The notes under the pieces were generated by a model that was not told where the DNA came from, searched no databases, and saw nothing but the letters and a program-made list of their open reading frames with translations. Positions 9,702 through 18,103 of a stretch of 64,000 nt of DNA are shown here, piece after piece (within the stretch, counting starts at the first letter, position 1; each line of letters starts with the position of its first letter). The DNA is from Microcoleus sp. (GTDB taxonomy: Bacteria; Cyanobacteriota; Cyanobacteriia; Cyanobacteriales; Microcoleaceae): positions 32,001 to 96,000 of the forward strand of contig CP181291.1 of the NCBI GenBank assembly GCA_052279835.1. Reading direction: 5' to 3'. Made by a program: the position numbers and the translations under genes.

Positions 9702-9707
9702 TCAGTT

Positions 9708-9968
9708 TTACTCTCGCTCGCGCGATCGCAAATTAGCTCTAATTTGTGCCATTGCGGTTGCACCGTCTACGACTTCACCGCGTTGGGATGCTTCCTGGCC
9801 AATCAGTGCGTCTCGTTGAAGTTCTTGCAGTCTTCCTTGATAAATGTCTTGCTGTTGTTCGAGTAGTTTAATTGCTGCAAGGATAACGTCGATCGCACTG
9901 TTGTATTTGCCGCTGGTGAGTTGGCGCTGCACCAGGGCTTCGACTTCAGGAGGCAAAACAATTTGCAT
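9708..9968 (-). CDS. ParD-like antitoxin (CC2985 family), orphan
   Basis: MQIVLPPEVEALVQRQLTSGKYNSAIDVILAAIKLL; likely ATG at 9968. Confidence 0.8.
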   Translation of the reverse strand: MQIVLPPEVEALVQRQLTSGKYNSAIDVILAAIKLLEQQQDIYQGRLQELQRDALIGQEASQRGEVVDGATAMAQIRANLRSRERE

Positions 9969-10012
9969 GGTGTTTGAGAATATGAGTGTTGATTCTATTG
10001 TAGGCGATCGCC

Positions 10013-10309
10013 CTAAGCTACCTTGGGGCAAATTTCGACTTTGACAGTCATCCCTACTGCGTTGAGCATTACAATCAGAGTATCAACAGAGAATTGCCCA
10101 ATTTTACCTTGAGTCAAAGCTTTAATTTGGTCGCTTGACTGTTTGAGATGTTGAGCTGTTTGGTCGATCGTCCAACCGTGATGCTTAATCTGATTTTGCA
10201 GGGCTAGCATTAGTTGCGATCGGATTAATAAGTTATCGGCTTCTTGGGCTGAAAATCCGAGGTCTAGAAAGATATTATCGGCGGCTTGGGTAATGGTATT
10301 TTCGCTCAT
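10013..10309 (-). CDS. XRE/HigA-like HTH antitoxin, orphan
   Basis: NIFLDLGF..EADNLLIRSQLM..GKIGQFSVDTL; likely ATG at 10309. Confidence 0.8.
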   Translation of the reverse strand: MSENTITQAADNIFLDLGFSAQEADNLLIRSQLMLALQNQIKHHGWTIDQTAQHLKQSSDQIKALTQGKIGQFSVDTLIVMLNAVGMTVKVEICPKVA

Positions 10310-10437
10310 TGTTCGGGTTCTCTTAAATTCAAACGATTTTGTAAAAGTTTGGGGCGATCGGCTATAATCAAACAAGATTGTACAATGTTCCTCCTTTTCA
10401 ACTTAACTATTGAGCAATTTTAGTTTGGGATGTAATT

Positions 10438-10668
10438 ATGCTATCAATTGAGCGACTGATGAAAGAGGCTTTATCTTTGCCAAATGCGTTGAGAGCGCAG
10501 TTAGCAGAGAGGCTTGTTGAGAGTCTTGAATTTGATATAGACGGAACAGTTCAAAAGTTGTGGACTGCGGAAGCTAAGCAGCGTCGCGATGAAATCCGAA
10601 GCGGTATGGTTGAGCCAATTCCAGGAGAAGAAGCGTTAGCTCAGATTAGGCGGATTATAACACAATGA
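10438..10668 (+). CDS. Putative addiction-module antitoxin component (TIGR02574-like), orphan
   Basis: EALSLP..RAQLAERLVESL..W..EA..RRDEIRSG.VEPIPGEE. Confidence 0.8.
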   Translation: MLSIERLMKEALSLPNALRAQLAERLVESLEFDIDGTVQKLWTAEAKQRRDEIRSGMVEPIPGEEALAQIRRIITQ

Positions 10669-10724
10669 TAGAATTAATCAGATCGCACTTTAGTTAGATT
10701 GGTTAGTTTAGGGGCATCGCCCAT

Positions 10725-11228
10725 CTAGTCTTTTTTATCCAAGTCTTCGGTTTTTGGAGTTTCTGAAGTTGAGGGGAATTCAAGTCGAATGTTAATATCA
10801 ATTGTTAGTGTATTTTGATTTTCAAAACCCATATCAACTATTTTTACTAAAGCATCGATCGGTAAAGAACTACTTAATTTAGCTTTCACAGACGACTGAG
10901 TTTTATATCCGGCTTCCTGTAGCCGATCGCAAATATTGCGCCAATTTCCTACAGGTTCGTTAGGTACATCGGCGAGTTTTTTGACATATTGGTATAAAGT
11001 TTTACATAAATAAACTTCTGCACTTTTGGGAGTCTGAAACATTTTTCTAGCGATTTCGGCGGGGCTGCAACCGGAAAGCAATCCTCGGAGGTAGAGTTTT
11101 TCGGTTTCTGTGAGTCCCCGACGCGATCGGGGTGAGATTTGGCGTTTAGCTTCTGCAAAAGCTTGGTACAGCCTTTCTAAGTCCCAGTGTTGGGCTGCTT
11201 CGGTAAATAAGTCTTCTTTTGATGCCAT
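10725..11228 (-). CDS. Stand-alone HTH protein resembling the N-terminal HTH of cyanobacterial NTPases
   Basis: LTETEKLYLRGLLSGCSPAEIARK..LCKTLYQYVK; divergent from the gene at 11662. Confidence 0.6.
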   Translation of the reverse strand: MASKEDLFTEAAQHWDLERLYQAFAEAKRQISPRSRRGLTETEKLYLRGLLSGCSPAEIARKMFQTPKSAEVYLCKTLYQYVKKLADVPNEPVGNWRNICDRLQEAGYKTQSSVKAKLSSSLPIDALVKIVDMGFENQNTLTIDINIRLEFPSTSETPKTEDLDKKD

Positions 11229-11661
11229 TGTGGGTGTCGTGAGATTTGACTAACCATAACATAACCGAAATTGCTAGCGTTTGTTAGTTGACTTTTGAAT
11301 TTACATACTGTATGGTTATAAATGTTAAGTCTAGTTAAGTTTTTTGATGCGGTGTGAAACCCACTAGAAATACTCAGAATCAGTAATGGGTGCGATCGCT
11401 TCAACTAACCTCAAGGCTAATATCTGCGAAGATCTGACGGCGCTTGATAAAGTTTTGTAACAAAAAACCACTATTTTGCATAAAACTTGTGGACTCGGCC
11501 CGATAGATAAATAGAGCTTGAGAAGTACCGCTACTGTTGCGGTTCGTCGGGGCTCAGCGTGCATTAGGGCGATCGGCCGATCGGCTTTTAGAACAATTTG
11601 TTTATTTAGTCTCAGCAAACGCGCGGCAAGTGTATGTACTTGTCCCGAATCAACACGGGGA

Positions 11662-13710
11662 ATGGGTATTAACGTGTCTAATTTTTTCACGCCTGAATTT
11701 AATAACGAAAGTGCGATCGCTCCTTGGAATGCCAGCCTAGAACCGACTAAGGCAATTATCCCGAAGCTAGATGCTAACCCTGTGCTAACGGGGGGTATTG
11801 GCCAGGAAGTTAATCTCCCGACTTTAACGCCAGAAGCCTATGACAATATCATCTTGCCTGACGATTTGCTAACCCGGATGGCTAGTGCAGTGAGTACCGA
11901 GTCCAACAGCAGTTTACCGGATAGCTCTGTCGATTTGCTAACAGGTCAGGCGATGTCCGAGGTTTATGGGGATTTGAGTAAGTTTGCGGGCGCGCCAGAT
12001 TTCGCAGCTAAGCTGAATGTGGCTTTTGGGGAAAACTGGGATGCTGCGGCTGCGAAAGCCTTAGCAGAAGAATGGTTTCAGGGAGATTTTAGCGATATCC
12101 CGCAAGTGAAAGTTGTCTCGTCTGCTGAGATTGGTGGGGCGAATGGAGCTTTTGCTGCGGCGACGGATACGATTTATTTATCGAAGGAATTTTTGACTGA
12201 GAATGCGGCGAATTCGGGGGCGATCGCGGATGTGTTGCTGGAAGAAATCGGGCACTCTGTTGATGCGCGGTTGAATGTTGCGGATTCACCGGGAGATGAG
12301 GGGGCGATTTTTTCGAGGGTTGTTCAGGGGAAGGAGTTGAGTGAGGGTGAGCTTCAGGGGCTGAAGAGTGAGGACGATACTGCGACTGTTCTATTAGATG
12401 GACACCAATATCTAGTAGAGAAGCAGTTGAGTTCATTTCCGATCCAAGGTAGCATTGGTTCTTTTTACAACAGAAATCCGGCTATAGCTAGTCAGTTGGG
12501 TAGAGCTACGGGTGCTGAATTCCAATTTTCATCTGGTAAATGGCGACAAAACTTCCAAAACGGTGCAATCTTTCACTCAGCCCAGGGTACTCGCTCTGTT
12601 CGCGGTAGCGTGGGCAGTTATTACCTGAATACTTTAGGAGGTCAAAATAGTCAGTTAGGCTTGCCTACCAGTGAAGAATTTCAAGTTGCTAATGGATGGC
12701 GACAAAACTTTGAAGGTGGGGCAATTTTCCACTCAGGTGCGGGTAGCTATATGGCTCGTGGCAGCCTGGGAAGTTATTACTTGAATAATTTGGGAGGTGA
12801 AAAAAGTCAGCTAGGTTTACCTACCAGCAATGAATTTCAAGTTCCTAATGGATGGCGACAAAATTTTGAGCGGGGTTATGTTAACTGGGGGAATACTGGG
12901 GGGACGTTTACACTTAATTCATCGCCAACACCAAATCGGCTCAATCAGCTAGGGAGTAAATCATCTCTCACGATTGATGAAATTCAAGAATACAGAGGGC
13001 TTGTTACTCAACAACCCCAATCTGAGCGTGCTGGTTTGTATCGTACTTTGCAATACAAAGTTCCTTATTTCAACCAACGCGATAATGCTTCTATCGAAGG
13101 TGGTCAAAGAATTGGTGACGTAATGTGCAATGTCACTAGCCTCGCAAGCTGCTTAACGGCTCTTGGTATAAAAAATCCAAATCCAAGTAAGCAATTTGAA
13201 GATGTGCTAGAAGATAGATTACGAGCCAATCCATCGAGATATCCTAGCTCTCAAGGTACCAATGCCCGCTACTGGTGGGATAATCTTTCTAAACTTGCAC
13301 AAGATCTTGGCGTTACTTCCTCTGGAACGCAATCTATGCCAGGTTTTTCATCAACTAATACTACTTTCTTCCAAAATTTTGTAAGGAATAACTGGGAATC
13401 GGCACTCCAACAAGGCAAGACAATAATGGCTGGTGTTTACACCACTCAACCTGGGCATATTGTCAAAGTTATTGATATCGATTGGAATCGTGGTGGAATT
13501 GTTGTGGATGATCCTTACGGACAAGCACAAAATAGCAGTCTCAACGATTACAAACGATTTAATTACACGGGAAATCAAAATACAACAAGTCGTGGATCTG
13601 TGAATACTCAACAGGGTCAAAATGAAAATGGAATTGGAAACGATAACTTCTGGTCTTGGTCATACTGTGCGGAAGTCTTTGGTGAGACTTGGTACTTAAG
13701 GCTGGGTTAA
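11662..13710 (+). CDS. Modular protein: conserved 'LLEEIGH' N-domain, 3 LGFP-like repeats and a C39-like peptidase
   Basis: TIYLS..VLLEEIGH..DSPGDEG; LGLPTSEE..WRQNFEGG repeats; VPYFNQRDN..CNVTS..GHIV..DDPYG. ATG 11662 is preferred over TTG 11518. Confidence 0.75.
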   Translation: MGINVSNFFTPEFNNESAIAPWNASLEPTKAIIPKLDANPVLTGGIGQEVNLPTLTPEAYDNIILPDDLLTRMASAVSTESNSSLPDSSVDLLTGQAMSEVYGDLSKFAGAPDFAAKLNVAFGENWDAAAAKALAEEWFQGDFSDIPQVKVVSSAEIGGANGAFAAATDTIYLSKEFLTENAANSGAIADVLLEEIGHSVDARLNVADSPGDEGAIFSRVVQGKELSEGELQGLKSEDDTATVLLDGHQYLVEKQLSSFPIQGSIGSFYNRNPAIASQLGRATGAEFQFSSGKWRQNFQNGAIFHSAQGTRSVRGSVGSYYLNTLGGQNSQLGLPTSEEFQVANGWRQNFEGGAIFHSGAGSYMARGSLGSYYLNNLGGEKSQLGLPTSNEFQVPNGWRQNFERGYVNWGNTGGTFTLNSSPTPNRLNQLGSKSSLTIDEIQEYRGLVTQQPQSERAGLYRTLQYKVPYFNQRDNASIEGGQRIGDVMCNVTSLASCLTALGIKNPNPSKQFEDVLEDRLRANPSRYPSSQGTNARYWWDNLSKLAQDLGVTSSGTQSMPGFSSTNTTFFQNFVRNNWESALQQGKTIMAGVYTTQPGHIVKVIDIDWNRGGIVVDDPYGQAQNSSLNDYKRFNYTGNQNTTSRGSVNTQQGQNENGIGNDNFWSWSYCAEVFGETWYLRLG

Positions 13711-13971
13711 ACCATCTATAGCCCTAGAATAAGTAGTGCAGGACTTATGCGCTCCGACAAAGAAACCGGGTTTTTACCTAATCTGTTGGCTTCGGCGAAG
13801 TATTTTCGCAAAAACCCGGTTTCTGAGCCCTATGCTTACGTCATAATATAGATAAATCGCGTTTTTATCTATCCGCGTTCATCCCGTTTATCTGCGGTTG
13901 CTAAAAAAAGCGATCGCGCTTATTATCCGAAAGTGTGATCGCCTTTATCGAACTTCTATTTCCTCACATTA

Positions 13972-14235
13972 CTAAGCAACTGCAAGTTCATATTGCAGAA
14001 CTAAAATTTCATCTGCTTTCAAAATAGCCATAGCATATTCAATCCCTTGACTATCAGCAAATTCCACTAAATACTGACATTCCTTTCCCGTATCATACAC
14101 TTCGACAATAGTTCCCACAAGTCCTACTGGCAAACTAGAAACAGATTCATATTCCGGTTCCACTAGCGTTAATCGCGTATTTGAAACCGGCTTGAGAATC
14201 GCCACAGAATCCAAAAGTCTAAAGTTTTTTATCAT
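13972..14235 (-). CDS. DUF4926 protein (putative immunity/antitoxin)
   Basis: LLDSVA..LPVGLVGTIVEVY..YLVEFADSQG. Confidence 0.8.
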   Translation of the reverse strand: MIKNFRLLDSVAILKPVSNTRLTLVEPEYESVSSLPVGLVGTIVEVYDTGKECQYLVEFADSQGIEYAMAILKADEILVLQYELAVA

Positions 14236-14564
14236 GGTTTAAAAAAGCTGAAATCAAACGAGGGTTAGAATTAGTCAAAGTAATTTCCCAGATTGTCCGA
14301 AGCTCAATCCCCGGTGTATCGGGTATCGTCCAATCAACTTTAAACTGTTGCCCAAAATCAGTAGTATTTTCTTGGACAACTTCACCTTCAATGGCTGCTT
14401 TTTGAATAAGCTCTTGCAAAACTTCTGCATTATTAGCCGTGATTCCCAAAACCGATGCAAAGACTCTGGCTTTGTGTTTTCCGCTCTTATTGCTCTGGAT
14501 TTAAGCAGTAGCCGACTAGCTTTTGCAGAGAAACTTCAGCCCGATCGCCATTGGGTAGTTTCAT
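14219..14564 (-). pseudogene. DUF6883-family putative toxin, +1 frameshift near 14490
   Basis: MKLPNGDRAEVSLQKLVGYCLNPEQ* followed by KSGKHKARVFASVLGI in another frame; removing one A restores NPEHKSGKHKA. Confidence 0.8.
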
Positions 14565-14764
14565 TATAACTCCTGCTCACCCCCTAATTAGTTTCAATTT
14601 TTATTGTAAGGTATATGCTTTGTCGCTGTACGATCGCGCTTATTGTCCGAAAGTGCGATCGGCTTTCTCATCCCGAATCCCAAAGGGCGATCGCCATTCC
14701 TTAAGTTAAAATATAAGTTGTCATATCCGATCATATAACTTATCAGATTCAGAAGGGACAAGTT

Positions 14765-14989
14765 ATGCCTGTAAACTGGAGAGAACATATCGTTAGTACC
14801 CCCGATGTACTGCGAGGTAAACCAAGAATCAAAGGGACTAGAATTCCCGTTGGTCTGATTTTAGGATATTTAGCATCAAATAACACTGTCGAACAAATCA
14901 TGGACGAGTTTCCAGATATTGTCAAAGAACAGATAGCTGCTTGTCTTGATTATGCTCGCGATTTGTCGGATTTTGAAACAGTTGCCTAA
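14765..14989 (+). CDS. DUF433 antitoxin-like protein
   Basis: TPDVLRGKPRIKGTRIPV..IAACLDYA. Confidence 0.9.
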   Translation: MPVNWREHIVSTPDVLRGKPRIKGTRIPVGLILGYLASNNTVEQIMDEFPDIVKEQIAACLDYARDLSDFETVA

Positions 14990-15357
14990 TGAGTTTAAGA
15001 TTGTTCATCGATCAATGCGTTCCTAAGTCTATTATTCAAATCCTTCGTGATACCGAGCATGAAGTTTTTGTATTGGGAGATTACATCCCAATTGAATCTC
15101 CCGATATTATTGTCATTGCCAAAGCTCAGGAATTAAATGCCATACTTGTTTCTCTCAATGGAGACTTCGCAGATATTGTGACTTATCCGCCAAGTTCATA
15201 TCAAGGAATTATTTCTATTCAACTGAGAAATCACCCGGAAATTATTCCTCAGTTGATGGCAAGGCTAACAGAATACTTATCATTGCACGATAGTGAGGAG
15301 CATTATCGAGGTAAATTACTACTGGTAGAAGTTTACAGAATTCGCATTCGAGAATAA
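14989..15357 (+). CDS. DUF5615 PIN-like toxin
   Basis: LFIDQCVP..SPD..ILVSLNGDF; 1-bp overlap (TAATG) with DUF433. Confidence 0.85.
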   Translation: MSLRLFIDQCVPKSIIQILRDTEHEVFVLGDYIPIESPDIIVIAKAQELNAILVSLNGDFADIVTYPPSSYQGIISIQLRNHPEIIPQLMARLTEYLSLHDSEEHYRGKLLLVEVYRIRIRE

Positions 15358-15422
15358 AAATTGATAGCGATCGCCCTTTTCCCCGAAATAACCAAAAGGG
15401 CGATCGCTCTTCCTCTCCAAAT

Positions 15423-15794
15423 TTAACCCACTTGCAATAATTCTTGAGAGTGTATTGAATTTGGTACGCCATAAGCTGTATGAGCTCTTACTTCTGGCGG
15501 TTGAAGTCCTAAAACAATTAACTTAGGGGGAATGCCCGCTGCTACTAATTCTTCAGCGATCGAGCGATCGGTATTATTGGCTTGAATCCAAACTTGACCG
15601 TCGATAATATCCATGTGTATGACGCAATCGTGAATTCTTCTCCCCTGAAACCATCCCATCGAAAGTAACATATAGCGGTCGTTTTCTAAATCGAAAATTA
15701 CTTGACTTTGTACCTCAGTTTCAGAATTCAAAAAACCTGAGTATTCATTAATAATTCCTTTGACAATCTGGCGGCAATCTGCTATGGTATCCAT
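15423..15794 (-). CDS. xisI: XisI family protein
   Basis: GW..RRIHDCVIHMDIIDGQVWIQ..IAEELVAAGIP..IVLG. Confidence 0.9.
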   Translation of the reverse strand: MDTIADCRQIVKGIINEYSGFLNSETEVQSQVIFDLENDRYMLLSMGWFQGRRIHDCVIHMDIIDGQVWIQANNTDRSIAEELVAAGIPPKLIVLGLQPPEVRAHTAYGVPNSIHSQELLQVG

Positions 15795-16201
15795 TTCACA
15801 ATCTCCTCCATTTGTGGATTAAAAACAATCAACTTTAAATGATTATCTACCAATAAAATATCAGCAAATTTATCTTCAATAAAAAGCTCTTCAAAAGACA
15901 TCACCGGCATAGCAAGATAGAGCGTTCTTTCCGGTTCAGTTTGTTCTAAAATTTTCTGATAAAGAATGTATTGTCCCAAAGCCTTCTCTAAATCTAAAAT
16001 TTTAGAATCACTGATAAAACTTTTAACTTCAACAGCTATCTTAGACTGATTATTTTCAGCAGCAATCAGTTTTTCTGCTCCTAGATCGACAAATAGTTTT
16101 CGCTTGGCCCATTTCACTAACAATGGGTCATGAGTAATTTTCCAGCCAGCTTTAACAAGTGCCTGTTTCACAACTGGATGATAGTAATCTTTTGCTGACA
16201 C
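15782..16201 (-). CDS. xisH: XisH family protein
   Basis: MSAKDYYH.VVK.AL.K.GW.ITHDP..DLGAEKLIAAE..IAVEVKSF..ALGQY. Confidence 0.92.
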   Translation of the reverse strand: MSAKDYYHPVVKQALVKAGWKITHDPLLVKWAKRKLFVDLGAEKLIAAENNQSKIAVEVKSFISDSKILDLEKALGQYILYQKILEQTEPERTLYLAMPVMSFEELFIEDKFADILLVDNHLKLIVFNPQMEEIVKWIP

Positions 16202-16550
16202 TGTTGCTCCTTTTGAACGATGTGAATATTAGAGATTTTTGTATAAACTTTTGAGTTAGTGTCATTTTACCATAGTTCAGCTTAGTCAACCATAGTTATA
16301 TTACATTGTTAAGCTTATTTAACTATAGCTTGCGTAAGTCAGTTTGTGAGTATCTATGAGGACTGGGCAAAGTGCGATCGCCTTTCTCATTCCGAATCCA
16401 AAAGGGCGATCGCTCCTTTGCATCCAGCTATCCCAAAAGCGATCGCCCTTATTTTTTATTTACTCGCGCACATATTCAACTTGTTAACATGAGAACATAT
16501 CAGCAGAACAGGTGTACGATCGCGAGAATATAAAAATTGGAGGAAGCCTA

Positions 16551-16766
16551 ATGGGAAAAAGTACAGAAGTGTCAGCCAAGCGACAGGACCCAAATTACAT
16601 ACAGCTATCGGGAGATGTCCGAAAAGAACTAGGACTTCAGTTTAAAGCTGCGTGTACTCTCAAGCAGCTAAATATAGGAGAAGGGTTGGAAGAAGCAATA
16701 GAAATATGGTTCCAGGCTCAGCAAGCCCCCTCATCCAGCAAAAGCAGCAAAAAGGGGGACGAGTGA
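16551..16766 (+). CDS. Small putative ribbon-helix-helix DNA-binding protein
   Basis: GGAGG RBS; KRQDPNYIQLSGDVRKELGLQFKAAC..LEEAIEIW strand-helix-helix pattern. Confidence 0.6.
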   Translation: MGKSTEVSAKRQDPNYIQLSGDVRKELGLQFKAACTLKQLNIGEGLEEAIEIWFQAQQAPSSSKSSKKGDE

Positions 16767-16939
16767 GAGATCCAGAACGGGAAAAAGAAGAGCTTGGCAA
16801 TCCCATCAACGAACCCGTACAAGCGTATAACCTAAAAGAAGCGAAAAAGAAATGCCAACAGCTAGCAACTGAATATGAAGAATCTCTTGCAGATGTTCGC
16901 CCGGGCGGCAAAGCCTGGTTTCGCTGCTACTTTCAGTGA
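16763..16939 (+). CDS. Hypothetical protein (58 aa)
   Basis: GTGA overlap with the upstream stop codon (translational coupling). Confidence 0.55.
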   Translation: MRDPEREKEELGNPINEPVQAYNLKEAKKKCQQLATEYEESLADVRPGGKAWFRCYFQ

Positions 16940-16949
16940 GGGAAAATAC

Positions 16950-17336
16950 ATGAAAATTCGAGAATCAGTTGGTCAAAGCGTCTGGAACCATTCTGAGGGC
17001 TGGTGCTGCGAACCTCTTGACACCATACCGCCCGGTCATATTGCCCTAGCCGTTGAAGCGATCGATCTTAATCTTGTAGACTGGGATATCGAAGAAATTG
17101 GCGAAAAAGCAGGTTTTGATATTCAGTATAAATACACGGGAGTCAATGACCCGAAAGATGAATCTTTAGCTTGCGTAAGTCAGTTTGTTGGCATCTATGA
17201 AGACTTCTCAAAGCTCGATCGCGATTTGTCAGTTTTGATTGCAGCAGGCATCCCGCGTCATTTATTCAAAATACTGACTGACAACGATGACATCGATTTG
17301 AAACCTGTAACGCAATACCTCAAAGCAGTCTCATAA
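16950..17336 (+). CDS. Hypothetical acidic protein (128 aa)
   Basis: ATG after GAGGG; a conserved paralogous fragment at 16326-16381 supports coding status. Confidence 0.65.
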   Translation: MKIRESVGQSVWNHSEGWCCEPLDTIPPGHIALAVEAIDLNLVDWDIEEIGEKAGFDIQYKYTGVNDPKDESLACVSQFVGIYEDFSKLDRDLSVLIAAGIPRHLFKILTDNDDIDLKPVTQYLKAVS

Positions 17337-17439
17337 TGTTTTGGGTGTAGCGCAATTGTTTCTTTTTCCGTGCATTGCGATCGCCTTTCCCATCCCGAAT
17401 CCCAAAGTGCGATCGCTAATTGTTCAATAGACGCTCTAT

Positions 17440-17784
17440 TTATACATATAAAAGCTGATTGGAAATTTCATCAGCCGTCAACGTATTTAATAGAATAGCA
17501 ACCCGTTGGACAATCTCATAGGCGTTCTTTTGAGGAGTCACAATAATTCCAGAATGTTCCCGTCCTTCTGTCATATATTCTAGGTGTAATCGCTCAAAAT
17601 CTACGCGGTTGTGAGTCAGCAAACATCGATCGACAGATGCAGCATAAGCCAATTGTTGGCTATCCAATTGACTCAACATTCCCTGTTCGCTCGTTGTCGT
17701 CACATCAAAACCCCTAGCCCGCAGAAAAGTCGCTACCAGCCTAGAAACATCTTCATCTGTATGAATAGTTGCAAATAGTTTCAC
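17440..17784 (-). CDS. DUF5615 PIN-like toxin
   Basis: TDEDVS..LRARGFDV..LLTHNRVDF..HSGII. Confidence 0.85.
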   Translation of the reverse strand: MKLFATIHTDEDVSRLVATFLRARGFDVTTTSEQGMLSQLDSQQLAYAASVDRCLLTHNRVDFERLHLEYMTEGREHSGIIVTPQKNAYEIVQRVAILLNTLTADEISNQLLYV

Positions 17785-18074
17785 GGTTTTTTCATGGCAG
17801 CTTTCACAGCAGGATGAATCAATTCTTCAGGAATTCGATTGCGCTCAATATAAGTATTTATTTCTTCCTGGTTGTCCAAATAAAAACTCAGTGCGTCAAA
17901 AATTTGAGCTAATTTCAGATGAGGTAAGTGCATCGGAATTTCTTCAGGAGTAATACCTAAACGCCACAATTCCACGATCGCACGAACGGAAGTTCTCGTT
18001 CCTGCGATAATTGGTTCCCCTTGTAAGATTTCAGGGTGACGTGCGACATAACGCGAAGCAGATTGTGTAGTCAT
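17781..18074 (-). CDS. DUF433 antitoxin-like protein
   Basis: PEILQGEPIIAGTRTSVRAIV..IFDALSFY. Confidence 0.9.
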   Translation of the reverse strand: MTTQSASRYVARHPEILQGEPIIAGTRTSVRAIVELWRLGITPEEIPMHLPHLKLAQIFDALSFYLDNQEEINTYIERNRIPEELIHPAVKAAMKKP

Positions 18075-18103
18075 GGGAGATTAACCGGACACATTAATCT
18101 TGA

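Noticed and set aside
11518..11661. N-terminal extension of the 730-aa ORF
   Set aside because: TTG start and non-protein-like sequence; ATG 11662 is more plausible.
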